DNA of 64,000 nt. Origin: an uncultured Chroococcidiopsis sp. Lineage in GTDB: Bacteria; Cyanobacteriota; Cyanobacteriia; Cyanobacteriales; Chroococcidiopsidaceae. Under the pieces are notes generated by a model. It was not told the DNA's origin. It worked only from the letters and a program-made list of their open reading frames with translations, and searched no databases. Shown here one piece after another: positions 53,351-63,695 of the stretch (positions are counted from its first letter, which is position 1; every line of letters begins with the position of its first letter). The DNA lies in contig CAXTYC010000018.1 of assembly GCA_964248365.1 (NCBI GenBank), forward strand, positions 47,543 through 111,542, read 5' to 3'. The position numbers and the translations under genes are program-made.

Positions 53351-56300
53351 TCAAGGTAGCTGAATGTTTGACGCTAGCAAGCTTTGTAAGCGATGAAGCC
53401 CAGCGCCATCGTCGTAGAGTAAATCACCTTTGCCTAACAAATACGCAGCAGCTGTGTGTTTTCCCCCCAGCACAATAGCTGAATCAGCTTCACTGGCAGT
53501 ACGCAGAGCAACTCGTCCAGGTAAATTAGAACGGATTAAAGGAGTGACAACTTTGGCTTCTGGACGTTGGGTAGCAATAATCAAGTGAATACCAGCTGCT
53601 CGTGCCATTGAACCTAATCGCTTGATGCTTTGTTCTAATACCGCGCGAATTTCTTTGTTTGCCATAAAGTCAGCATATTCGTCAAAAAGACAGACAATGC
53701 GTGGCAATAGTTGGGACGCTTGTTGGTTATAGGTACTTAAATCGGCACAGCTAACTGCTTCAAAGAGTTGATAGCGCCTTTCCATCTCTTCAACTAGCCG
53801 CTCCATTAGTTCAACAACAGAATTGCTGTCTTTGGCAACTGGGGAATACAACCAGGCTACTTGCTCAAACTCGGGAAACGTTACTCGCTTCGGATCGACA
53901 AGGGCAATTCTCAAATGATTAGGGGAATAACGCACAAGGAGGCTAAGAAGAAGCGAGCGCAAAAACTCGCTCTTGCCACTGCCTGTCGTGCCACCAACTA
54001 GAAAGTGACAAGTGTTTGGATCGGATAAATCTGCCTCTACCAACTGTCCTTCCAAATCTACCCCAATGGCAATTTTTACCGCAGCTTGGGGGGAAGCTTG
54101 AGGCTGAATGTACTGCTCGAAGCTAGCAATTTGTCGATCTATACGAGGTAAATCGAAACTGATATGCCCAACCTGCGGTGCAATCAGAGGAGGATTGGCT
54201 AAGCCCAACTGCACCTGCAAATCATGAGATAATTTCAGAATAGAGCTAACTTTGACTCCGGCATGAGGTTTAAGCTTCACTCGAATAAAAGCTGGTCCAA
54301 CGACCGATCCTATGTAGTCAGCACCAATGCCAAAGGATTTAAGAGTAGCAACCAACTCCTCACCAGTGCAATTACTTGTGACAGACGAATTGTCCCCAGT
54401 TGAATTTTCTGTACTTTTTTGATTAAAGAGGCTTTTGCACTTTTGCCGTTGGGGGCAAATATCGCATAGGTGCAATTGACTGGTAGGTGGAGGTGGATTA
54501 GGCTGGGGGGGCTTCCAGGTTAGCCACTGCTGCATTTTTTGTAATTTCTGAGGAACCAGCTGATGCACTGTGTTTTCTAGCTGTTCCCAAGAGAAAGTCA
54601 GTTCTCGCAAGTCTGGTAAAACACTGTAAACAGCAGAATTGATACTCAAGCCAATCTTTTCGCGCAACATATAGCTGTAGAGAGCAACTTGAGCTAATTG
54701 GGCTGAGTGGTCTACAGACTGGTAGGTTTTATACTCAACCACACAAAGGCGCTGCTGCTCGAAGTCGTAGACTAAACTATCGAATCTTCCTTTAACTAGT
54801 TGCTGCGTGCCATTGGGTAGGGTAAATTCGTGCTTAACGTTAAGTTCTTGTGCCAAAAACGTTTTGGCAATGACTTCCTTAGCACTGCAATAGCGCCGAT
54901 TTCCTACTAGCAATTCAGCCCAACGCTGGATGAGTCCGGTTAATCCTTGCCAAAGTTGATGGAGCGCTGCTGCTTTACTTAAATCGTTTTGGATAGCTGA
55001 TTGTAGATAAGGAAAGAAAGCCAAGTCGTAAAACAGCTTTTGCAACTGAGGTGCGATCGCACTGGGCTGCAACTCCTCAAATGCTGGCTCAAACAAAGCT
55101 TGGAAACGTTTATCTCGTTTAGCAAGTTTAACAAACTGTTCGGATAAGTCATGGAATGCAGTTCCAATGCCACTTGAGTTACCAGCTGGTAAGAACATAG
55201 TTTTCCCACCAAAGTGATGTCCCAAATAAAACAATTGCGGACATTCAAAAGCAACTCTGACATTAGTAACGCTGAAGGACATAGGAACGGCTGGCTGATC
55301 GAGTTTGATGATTTCTAGTAAACGGCGATGCACCTGAGCGAGGTAAACCGGGTCCATCTTGGCATACTGTAGCTGCTTTTGAGTAAGTGGTCGCCGCCCC
55401 CAGTTGCTTCCTTGCTCTTCTTCATCGATATTGGAGAAGTTACATAGTTGTGCTGCTAATGTTTTTAATTTTAAATTCGTTGTCTTTAGTACTTTTTTAG
55501 TTATTTTTTGAGCTAGTTTATAAGTACAAGTAACATTTTGAGAGCGCTTATTATCTAGGAATCTTAAATCGTAACTAGCGTTGTGGAATACCTTTTCAAT
55601 TTTTGAGTTTACCATGATTTGGTTAACAAAATATGTCACTAAATCAGGTTTATTCAATACGTCTAAAATATAGACGCGCTCTCCAAGCTTATCTTCGGGT
55701 TCAGCCAAAACCTGAAGGAGAGAAATCTTGGGGTTAGAAGTGTTATAGTCAGCCGTTTCTGTATCCATCCAGAGAATTTTATTCAAAGCAAGCTTGTCTA
55801 TCGCTGTTCGGATGTCAGCAGTTTCTGTGAGGTACTGTGGCAATTTTTTTAGCCGCTGATTCTCTTCCTCAGCGATTTCATTGTCTTTCGTTTCTTCCAA
55901 TCCAATCAGTGCTGTAATTCTCTCCAAAGCATTTTGGTAATTATCAAACTTTTCTTGTTGTTGAAATAATTCGGCTGCTTGCTGAAAATCTTCAATTGCC
56001 TCTAGATAATTTCCTAGCTGTGAATGAGCATTGCCTCGATTATAATAAGCATCGGCATAATCAGGATTGAGATGAATTGCTTGGGTGTAATCTTCAATCG
56101 CTCCTTGATAGTCCGCAAGTGCCTTGCAGCGGGCAATGCCTCGATAGTGATAGGCATTAGTATTACTAGGATTGAGCAAAATTGTTTCAGTATAATCTAC
56201 AATTGCTGCTTGATAATTTGCTAGTATGGAGTAAGCATTGCCTCGATTATAATAAGCATCATCATTATCATAATTGAGCAAAATTGCTTCAGTAAAATCA

Positions 56301-58213
56301 GTAACTGCTGCTTGACAATCTCCTAAATGCACATAGGCAATACCTCGATTGAAGTAAGCTTCGGCACTATCAGGATTGAGTCGAATTACCGCAGTATACT
56401 CTGTAATTGCTTTTTGATAAATTCCTAGCCGAAAATAGGAATTGCCCGCATCGAAGAAGATTTCAGCGGCATCATCAGAATATTCAATTTCATCAGTATC
56501 TTCCGCTTCATTTTGCTCAAAAACTTCATCTGAGGATTGTTCCTTGAGCCTGTTAATTTGCTTTAGTGCATCTTGTTGAGCAGCCAAATTTCCCTGTTCT
56601 GAGTAAAGTTGGGCGGCTTGCTGAAAATCAGCGATCGCTGACTGAATATTTTCAAGTTCAAGCTGAGCAATAGCACGGTTGAAGAAAGCTTGGGGAATGG
56701 AGGGATTTAACTGTAAAGCCCGATCGAAATCTGCGATCGCTGCATGAATCTTACCCAACCTTGTATATGCAGCACCACGTTCCACATAAGCTGGATAGGA
56801 ATTGGGAGTAAGGCACAGTACCCGATCGCAGTCTGCAACTGCTGCTTGATAGTCTCCTAACTTAAAGTAAGCAATACTTCGGTTGTGGTAAGCTTTGACG
56901 TAATCAGGAGCGAGCCGAATTGCCTGAGTATAATCTTCAACTGCTCCTTGATAATCTGCAAGTGCCTCGCAAACAACAGCCCGATCGACATAGACATCGG
57001 GGATATTAGGATTGATCTGAATTACCTGAGTTAAAGCAGCTATGACTCTCTCAAAATCTCCTTGCTCATATAAATCACTAGCCTGTTGTAATAGCTTTTC
57101 TACTGCTGTGTGTTTTGATTCTCCATACAATGAATAGTTAGATTCTAGTAACCACGCATCCTCTACTTGCTGTTGATTATGTCTTCGATCATCTTTTCTA
57201 TTACCAAAAAGTAGTGATTGAACATGAGCCTGAGAGTTAGCCAGTTTAATTTGGTTTATTATACTCAACACATTTTGGTAATCATCTACCTTTCCTTGTT
57301 GCACAAACAAGTCGGCTGCTTGCTGGTAATCCTCAATTGCTTTTCGATAATCTCCTTCTTGTGACTGAGCATAGCCTCGGTAGGCATAAGCTTCGGCATA
57401 ATAAGGATTAAGTCGAAGAGCCTGAGAATAATCTGCAACTGCTCCTTGATAATCTACAAGTTTCAAGTAAGCATGACCTCGGAAGTTGTAGGCAATGAGA
57501 TAATCAGGCTTAAGCTGAATTGCTTGAGAATAATCTGCAACTGCTTCTTGATAATTTTCCAGGTAATAGCTGACAATACCCCGCTTAATGTATGCCTCAG
57601 TATAATTCGGATTAAGCCTAAGAGCTTGGGTATAATCTGCAACTGCTCCTTGATAATCTGCAAGCTCCTCAAGAACCATGCCTCGATAGAAATATATTTG
57701 GGCAGAATTCGGATTGAGCTGGATAAAACGAGAATAGCTTGCGACTGATTTTTTATGCTCTCCTAACCTTGAGTAGACAATTCCTAGATTGTAGTAAGCT
57801 TCGGTATAATTAGGATTAAGGCTAATTGCTTGAGTATGATCTGTAACTGCTGCTTGATAATCCTCTAGCTGAAAATGGGCAGCACCTCGGTTATTGTAAG
57901 CTTCGGCATCGTTGAGATTGAGCCGAATTGCTTGAGTATAATCCCCAATTGCTGCTTTATAATCTGCAAGTTTGGAGTAGGCATTACCCCGGTTGTAGTA
58001 AGCATCAATATAATCGGGATTGAATCGAATTGCTTGGGTATAGTCTGCAACTGCGGCTTGATAATTTCCTAGCTGTGAGTGAGCAATACCGCTTTTGCAG
58101 TATGCTTCAGCATGATTAGGATTTTGCTTTAGTGCTTGGTTAAGTTCGGCAAGCGTTTCCCTAACATCAAGTTTTTTAAACTTCTCTAATCCCCTTTTAA
58201 AAAATTCATTCAT
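53351..58213 (-). CDS. Fusion: TPR arrays + DEDDy 3'-5' exonuclease + PD-(D/E)XK Fe-S nuclease + FtsK/SpoIIIE ATPase
   Basis: DTE/HNASYD/YAKMD; C...GRFD...EYK...Q..LY...CDIC.....C; GTTGSGKS, FDEYAD and RAAGIHLIIATQRP. Confidence 0.9.
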   Translation of the reverse strand: MNEFFKRGLEKFKKLDVRETLAELNQALKQNPNHAEAYCKSGIAHSQLGNYQAAVADYTQAIRFNPDYIDAYYNRGNAYSKLADYKAAIGDYTQAIRLNLNDAEAYNNRGAAHFQLEDYQAAVTDHTQAISLNPNYTEAYYNLGIVYSRLGEHKKSVASYSRFIQLNPNSAQIYFYRGMVLEELADYQGAVADYTQALRLNPNYTEAYIKRGIVSYYLENYQEAVADYSQAIQLKPDYLIAYNFRGHAYLKLVDYQGAVADYSQALRLNPYYAEAYAYRGYAQSQEGDYRKAIEDYQQAADLFVQQGKVDDYQNVLSIINQIKLANSQAHVQSLLFGNRKDDRRHNQQQVEDAWLLESNYSLYGESKHTAVEKLLQQASDLYEQGDFERVIAALTQVIQINPNIPDVYVDRAVVCEALADYQGAVEDYTQAIRLAPDYVKAYHNRSIAYFKLGDYQAAVADCDRVLCLTPNSYPAYVERGAAYTRLGKIHAAIADFDRALQLNPSIPQAFFNRAIAQLELENIQSAIADFQQAAQLYSEQGNLAAQQDALKQINRLKEQSSDEVFEQNEAEDTDEIEYSDDAAEIFFDAGNSYFRLGIYQKAITEYTAVIRLNPDSAEAYFNRGIAYVHLGDCQAAVTDFTEAILLNYDNDDAYYNRGNAYSILANYQAAIVDYTETILLNPSNTNAYHYRGIARCKALADYQGAIEDYTQAIHLNPDYADAYYNRGNAHSQLGNYLEAIEDFQQAAELFQQQEKFDNYQNALERITALIGLEETKDNEIAEEENQRLKKLPQYLTETADIRTAIDKLALNKILWMDTETADYNTSNPKISLLQVLAEPEDKLGERVYILDVLNKPDLVTYFVNQIMVNSKIEKVFHNASYDLRFLDNKRSQNVTCTYKLAQKITKKVLKTTNLKLKTLAAQLCNFSNIDEEEQGSNWGRRPLTQKQLQYAKMDPVYLAQVHRRLLEIIKLDQPAVPMSFSVTNVRVAFECPQLFYLGHHFGGKTMFLPAGNSSGIGTAFHDLSEQFVKLAKRDKRFQALFEPAFEELQPSAIAPQLQKLFYDLAFFPYLQSAIQNDLSKAAALHQLWQGLTGLIQRWAELLVGNRRYCSAKEVIAKTFLAQELNVKHEFTLPNGTQQLVKGRFDSLVYDFEQQRLCVVEYKTYQSVDHSAQLAQVALYSYMLREKIGLSINSAVYSVLPDLRELTFSWEQLENTVHQLVPQKLQKMQQWLTWKPPQPNPPPPTSQLHLCDICPQRQKCKSLFNQKSTENSTGDNSSVTSNCTGEELVATLKSFGIGADYIGSVVGPAFIRVKLKPHAGVKVSSILKLSHDLQVQLGLANPPLIAPQVGHISFDLPRIDRQIASFEQYIQPQASPQAAVKIAIGVDLEGQLVEADLSDPNTCHFLVGGTTGSGKSEFLRSLLLSLLVRYSPNHLRIALVDPKRVTFPEFEQVAWLYSPVAKDSNSVVELMERLVEEMERRYQLFEAVSCADLSTYNQQASQLLPRIVCLFDEYADFMANKEIRAVLEQSIKRLGSMARAAGIHLIIATQRPEAKVVTPLIRSNLPGRVALRTASEADSAIVLGGKHTAAAYLLGKGDLLYDDGAGLHRLQSLLASNIQLP

Positions 58214-58215
58214 TT

Positions 58216-60207
58216 TTATACCTCGCTAACTTGAGGTATAAAACAAATTAATTGAGCTTCTAGTTTAGCTTTTGGATCGAGAATTTGAATTTTATTCTCC
58301 TGACATAGCTGCTGGATTAGTTGTTCTACTTGAGAATTCTGAACTTCAGGAAACTGTCTTTTGGCATTATCAATTAAGGTTTGGCGACCGAGAAACTGAT
58401 TTGTTTCAGCTAAATTCAACAAAAATTCTTTGATTTTATTCAACAACACGATTATAGGCTTATCACCATTATCACCAGGAACAATACCTAGTTTTTGAAA
58501 CAAAGTACATTCACCCAAAAACTCAGATTTGCGAATTAAAGCTTCTAGTTCCTGCACATTTGTAACTTTGTCACCAACTACTAAATCGCCAGCACAAGCC
58601 GCAATTAATAAACTGTGATATGTTGCTAAGTAGTGGAGCGAAGCTAGATCTGGTTCAATTCGATGATGTTTGGATTTTGTAAAGATTTCCGTATAAATTT
58701 TGTTGCCTTTTGTACCTTTCTTGCCTACACTTTCTGCTCTAATTAGATGTAAAGTTTCACACAAATTATTCTGAACTACCTCGCTGCAATCTTTCATCAC
58801 ATGGCAGAAGGTGTTCATGTTAGGTTCTTCTGTCCAAACAACTCCAATTTTTCCAGACTTCCCTGACTGTTGATAACTGAGTGACAAAGCTGCATATGTC
58901 TTACTAGGTAATAATTTTATCTGAATTGCGCTTACTGGCAAAGCAGATAAAGCTTTTTGCAACATCCCTATCAATTCAGTTGAGGAAAATTGTCGAAGTC
59001 GAGTAATTTTCTGTTGTACTTTGTTGAATTCATCCTGCCATAGTAATTTAAAATATGGCATAATATCAACAGTTCTATTCTTGCCGGAACTACCTATAGA
59101 GTTTTCTTTGTATTCTTGAAATAATTCACGCCCTAGCATCAACGTGTTACGCGGTAAGGTTTTGCCACCAGGGTTTGTTTGATCTAAAGCTTGTCGATTT
59201 AGGGGAAAAATGGGCGAAGCGGACTGGACGTTCGCTTGCTGATGTAATGGGGCGAGTCGAGCTTTCCAGATTGCTTCTGCTTGATCTAGCGTAATAGGTT
59301 TGAGGTATGTCTGTGCATCGATCTTGGCGAGATCGGCGGCTTGAATACGATTCTTATTTCGCCTCCAAGTATTTGTAACGAAACTAATAATAACTAAGAA
59401 GTTTTTAAGATGTTCATTATGAATAGTGGAGTTGACACCAAATAAAGTCTGTAGTTCGAGAAAGCCATTTGGCAAACGGGGAATGTTGTCTAGATTGTCA
59501 AAACACAGGACAATTGGTTGGGTTTGGGCAGAAATTCTACCAAAGTTTGCCAGCACATTTTTAGCTGCATCTTCATTATTAATAGCATTTTTGACCCGCA
59601 GGGCTTTTAGGTCGTCTTCATGTAAGCTGTCGCCTCGTAACCAGTCATAAGCTAAAGGACGTAGCTTTGGATTAAGCAAATCATACAGTACGCCGAAAAA
59701 CTCGTTAGCATTATATATATCTGAAGGGTAAGCCTCTTTAAGTTTGTGGATAAAGACTTGGCGATCGCTCAATATCCAATTTATGAAGCTACGCTCTTTA
59801 AAGACAGATAAGCTCGCAAGCCATAGAAGTAATTGGGATTGTTGTTGCCCATCTGGTACTTTTAGAAGACTATCAACGGTTTGGCGTAGGATATGCCGCC
59901 AGAGGAAGTCATTATCATTCCAAGGACCAATGTAGGAAAAAAAGGCTTTACGGTTAAGGGTTCGTTTGATCCGACCAAGTAAATGGCTTTTGCCAGAGCC
60001 AGATTCGCCGCATAGTATGATGGTACGAGTCCGATGATCTTTGGCAACTTGATCGAGAAGCGCTGCTATTTCAGCGATCGCTTCTTTATGAATCGAGTCA
60101 ACATTAAGTGCTGTGTCTTGCTGCTCTTGCCAAAAGTTTCCTGGTCTAAAAGTCGTTGAATCAAAGGGGTTAGCCTCATAAAGAATAATCGAATCAATAG
60201 ATGCCAT
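58216..60207 (-). CDS. P-loop (AAA-like) ATPase
   Basis: GESGSGKS Walker A, LCFDNLD Walker B; ATG at 60207 preferred. Confidence 0.85.
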   Translation of the reverse strand: MASIDSIILYEANPFDSTTFRPGNFWQEQQDTALNVDSIHKEAIAEIAALLDQVAKDHRTRTIILCGESGSGKSHLLGRIKRTLNRKAFFSYIGPWNDNDFLWRHILRQTVDSLLKVPDGQQQSQLLLWLASLSVFKERSFINWILSDRQVFIHKLKEAYPSDIYNANEFFGVLYDLLNPKLRPLAYDWLRGDSLHEDDLKALRVKNAINNEDAAKNVLANFGRISAQTQPIVLCFDNLDNIPRLPNGFLELQTLFGVNSTIHNEHLKNFLVIISFVTNTWRRNKNRIQAADLAKIDAQTYLKPITLDQAEAIWKARLAPLHQQANVQSASPIFPLNRQALDQTNPGGKTLPRNTLMLGRELFQEYKENSIGSSGKNRTVDIMPYFKLLWQDEFNKVQQKITRLRQFSSTELIGMLQKALSALPVSAIQIKLLPSKTYAALSLSYQQSGKSGKIGVVWTEEPNMNTFCHVMKDCSEVVQNNLCETLHLIRAESVGKKGTKGNKIYTEIFTKSKHHRIEPDLASLHYLATYHSLLIAACAGDLVVGDKVTNVQELEALIRKSEFLGECTLFQKLGIVPGDNGDKPIIVLLNKIKEFLLNLAETNQFLGRQTLIDNAKRQFPEVQNSQVEQLIQQLCQENKIQILDPKAKLEAQLICFIPQVSEV

Positions 60208-60267
60208 AATACTACTTTTGCTATATCGAGAAATCCACTTAGAAGTCACAGAGGCAGGAAAAAGGCT

Positions 60268-61146
60268 TTAGTTGACAATAATGAAAAACAATGGTCCACC
60301 TACATTTTGGGGAATTCCGCTGTTAACTTGCTCTGGAGTGTAAGCACTGACCTCTTGCAAGGTACTCAGTTCAATTTGGTTATCCTTTTGCAAGCGATAG
60401 AGTGTCCAATCTAACTGTTCGCGTGACAGTTGGGTTTCTAGCTTTTGGCGTAGATGGAAAATTGGCAAATAATTTTCCGTCCCCAGTTGTCGATCTAAAT
60501 CTTGAATAAGTTGCAAAATTTCCTTATCACTGGGCTGACTGTTAGATATAGGCTCTTGAGGCGAGCCATTTTTTACCCCATTGTGTACAACATTCTTTAC
60601 CCCATTCTGTATATGTGTTGAAGGCAATGTTTCTACTCTTAGGGATTTCCGCAAAAAAAGAAGGTAACTGTTAAGCATATCTAGACTGATGGTTGAAGAC
60701 CCTTTGGGGCTGTATTCATCCCGTAAGTATTCCTTTCCTCTATCTGAAAGCCAAACTTCTTTAATTTTGGTTTCTACTTCAATCAATCCCCTGGATGCTA
60801 AGCCCTGGATAATTTCCTGTCTTTGTGCTGCTGGGACGTTCGTCTTACCAGGAGTAATTTTTTCCTTTTCACTTGCCCGTAGTACCTTGATTTCTCGATC
60901 TGTCACGGGTAACTTAGCGGAGTTTAGCTTGAGCAAGGCTTTTCCTGGAGGAGCAATCTTCAGCTTCGTTACTTCGTGAGAACATTCTACATAACCGCGA
61001 TCGCATAATTGGCGGCAAATCTTGTCTCTATCCGATACCTTGGTTTTATTATTGAGCTGAATGTTAGATAAAGGTGTTTGATAGTTGCTAAAAACAAATA
61101 ACTTCAACAGGAACTTCAACTCAATTGTATCCATAGTTTCTACCAT
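60268..61146 (-). CDS. Putative multi-wHTH DNA-binding protein (resembles proteins annotated RcaD)
   Basis: L.DRGYV, LASRGLIE...LSDRGKEYL and LPIFHLR...LYRL wHTH-like segments; the RcaD resemblance is from memory. Confidence 0.6.
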   Translation of the reverse strand: MVETMDTIELKFLLKLFVFSNYQTPLSNIQLNNKTKVSDRDKICRQLCDRGYVECSHEVTKLKIAPPGKALLKLNSAKLPVTDREIKVLRASEKEKITPGKTNVPAAQRQEIIQGLASRGLIEVETKIKEVWLSDRGKEYLRDEYSPKGSSTISLDMLNSYLLFLRKSLRVETLPSTHIQNGVKNVVHNGVKNGSPQEPISNSQPSDKEILQLIQDLDRQLGTENYLPIFHLRQKLETQLSREQLDWTLYRLQKDNQIELSTLQEVSAYTPEQVNSGIPQNVGGPLFFIIVN

Positions 61147-61513
61147 TTTAATAATTCAGACATTGATAATTGCACTTACCACAGGATTTCAAATGTATAA
61201 AAACGCAAGCCAATTGCTTAATTGTTAGCACACACAAAGTCCCAGTAAAAGCTAAACTAGCAAGGGTATAGTGACTATTTATTGATGGCTATTCAAAAAG
61301 TTAGTTGCCAGCAGAAATTGCCTATCTGAATCTTAACTGAGGTATGTATGAAAACGTCATCTGTAATTCTAAGGAGTTGAATAAATAATTTTATACTTTT
61401 TCCATAGGATTATTTAGAATGCTTTGGTTCTTCTAAGTACACTCGTCATAAAAAAATGTGCGAACCGTCAACATAGATAACTCTTGCGGCATAACAGATC
61501 CGCTAATACACGG

Positions 61514-62843
61514 CAGGGTAAGCGCAAGAAAATCGCAATCATAATATGCTACTGGAATGTAAGCCATAATTAGGGATTCCAATGGTTAAAGGTTTCGGTT
61601 CTCTGCCCAACACCCCAGTGAAAAAGGCTCAGTCGGCCTCCTTACAGTCAGCAACCGATTGCACTGAAGTTCAAGCTCAGTTGATGGAGCACTTTGGCGA
61701 GTTGAACGACCCTAGAAATGGACAAGGAGTGCTGCATCCTTTTCTCACGATCATCATGATTGCCCTGTTGGCGACCATTGGGGGAGCCCAAGGCGGGGAA
61801 GATATAGAGACTTATGGTCTGAGCCATCAACGATGGTTGGGGAGCTTTTTGACCTTACCGTTTGGGATTCCCAAGGCAGATACCTATCGTCGGGTATTTG
61901 AGAAGATATCCCCTTCAGCGTTTGAGCGCAGTTTTCAAAGTTGGCTCAAGAGTCTGGTCACCGATTTGGGTGTCCAAGTGATTCCGATTGATGGCAAAAC
62001 ACTCATTGGGTCTTATGACCGCAATCAAAGGCAATCAGCATTGCATACGGTGAGTGCAAAGGCCAGTGAGAATCGACTTTTTCTGGGACAAGTTAAGGTG
62101 GATGCCAAAAGCAATGAAATTAGAGCGATTCCGGCTTTACTGGAATTGCTCGATATTTCCGGTTGCATTATTACGATTGATGCGATGGGAACCCAGCATG
62201 AAATTGCCCGATGCCTCCGAGCCAAGGGTGCAGACTATGTGCTTGCCCTCAAAGCCAATCATCCCACCCTATTTGCCCAAGTCAAGCAATGGTTTGAAAT
62301 CGCTCCAGCCAATGACTTCGAGGGCATTGAGCATTCTGATGATATCCGAGTCGAAACTGGACATCATCGCACTGAAAAGCGTCAGGTTTGGGCGGTTGCT
62401 GTCGAGCAGATGGGGGAGTTGTACAAGCAGACCGAATGGGCTGGCTTGCCCTGTGTTGTGACGGTGGTTCGCACTCGACATTTGTGGAATTAGACCACTC
62501 AAGAGGTTATGTTTTATCTATGTTCCCTTCCTGCTAATGCTCAGCATATAGGCAAGGCTATTCGCCAGCATTGGTCAATTGAAAACCAACTCCACTGGAT
62601 TTTAGATGTCACCTTTGCTGAAGATGATTCTCGCATTCGTCGTGGACATGCACCCGAAAATATGGCCCTTTTGAAGCGGTGGAGCCTGAGTTTGTTGAAT
62701 CAAGAAACTTCTTGGAAACGCAGCACTGGGCAAAAAGCCAAGCGAGCCAGCATGGATGAGGCGTATCTGCTGAAAGTCCTAGAAGCTTCAATCTCTTGCC
62801 AGACTAGCACATCCATCTCATGATTTTTCTTGCGCTTGCCCTG
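61514..62843 (+). mobile_element. Full-length ISAs1 family element
   Basis: IRs CAGGGTAAGCGCAAGAAAA / TTTTCTTGCGCTTGCCCTG; 10-bp TSD TAATACACGG at 61504 and 62844. Confidence 0.95.
61582..62823 (+). pseudogene. ISAs1 transposase with a nonsense codon
   Basis: IDGKT, KSNEI, IDAMG and HWSIEN.LHW.LD motifs; in-frame TAG at 62491-62493. Confidence 0.9.
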
Positions 62844-62887
62844 TAATACACGGTTCACTGTTTATTTCAGACGACCCACCCAGACCC

Positions 62888-63500
62888 TTAGTACGACAGT
62901 TGTAGATAGCCCAAAACCCTTGCTCTGCGGCGTTTGTAGTGGTAGTACTGTGCGATAGTTTTATGTCTTCTTCGCCAACTCAACCAATACAATCGCTTTT
63001 CAATCGAAGGCAATTTCTCTTGAAATAAATATCCGAGTAGTTTTCTCACCTCGGATAACGTTAAAGAGAGTCTTGGCCAAGCCTGGTTTTGAACTCGAAT
63101 AAACTGTTTTGTGGAGGAATTGCCCCTTTTTTTACCTCAAGGGCTGAGGCTTTTAAGACAGTGAGAAACGTATGCGCAAAGATTGATAATGTGATATGGC
63201 GATACCAACTCGGCCAAGAACGTACTTCGTATTGGTCAAGACCGACCTCACCTTTATCGCTTTGAAAACAACTTTCAATTGTCCAGCGTATGCCTGCAAC
63301 CTTTACTATTTCTTGTAAACAAGTACCAATCGGCGCACTGACTAAATAATAAATAATTTCTGTTGGGTTTTCTAACTGCCTTCTAGCTAGTACAAAGCGT
63401 TGTAGCTGCGGATTTTTTGGCTGCTCAAATCTAGCTAACGCCCATTGATAAAGTCGTTCTCCTCTCGAACCAGTACCAGCACTTAAAGTCTGCCAAGCTG
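62888..63500 (-). mobile_element. IS701 family 3' fragment
   Basis: WQ.LSAG.G..G.R.Y.W, RWTIE.CFQ..K.EVGLDQYEVR and SWRRRH; ends CAACTGTCGTACTAAG. Confidence 0.85.
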
Positions 63501-63579
63501 ACCCATAGGCTACCTCAAGATCATGAGTTAGCAATGGTATCCGCCCGATTTCATTTAGGTAAATTTGAACTAAGTCCAT
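63501..63579 (-). pseudogene. N-terminal remnant of a sigma-70 factor (region 1.2)
   Basis: MDLVQIYLNEIGRIPLLT...E matches region 1.2; GAG-rich RBS. Confidence 0.75.
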
Positions 63580-63695
63580 ACTCTCACCTGTAACGATGAA
63601 CCCAACAATAGATTAGGCATGACTATATTAATGCCAGAAGACTAATCTTTCTTGATATCTTGCAAGGACTTTAATAGTATTTACCCTTAATCCTT

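Noticed and set aside
53351..54360. Housekeeping cell-division FtsK
   Set aside because: No membrane anchor or gamma domain; fused to nucleases in an island
54430..55282. Cas4 of a CRISPR-Cas locus
   Set aside because: The Cas4-like fold is embedded in an FtsK fusion; no cas1/cas2 or array in the window
8341..62493. Stop-codon reassignment (TAG readthrough)
   Set aside because: In-frame stops are a mix of TAG, TAA and TGA, and intact genes such as gabD and petE terminate at TAG
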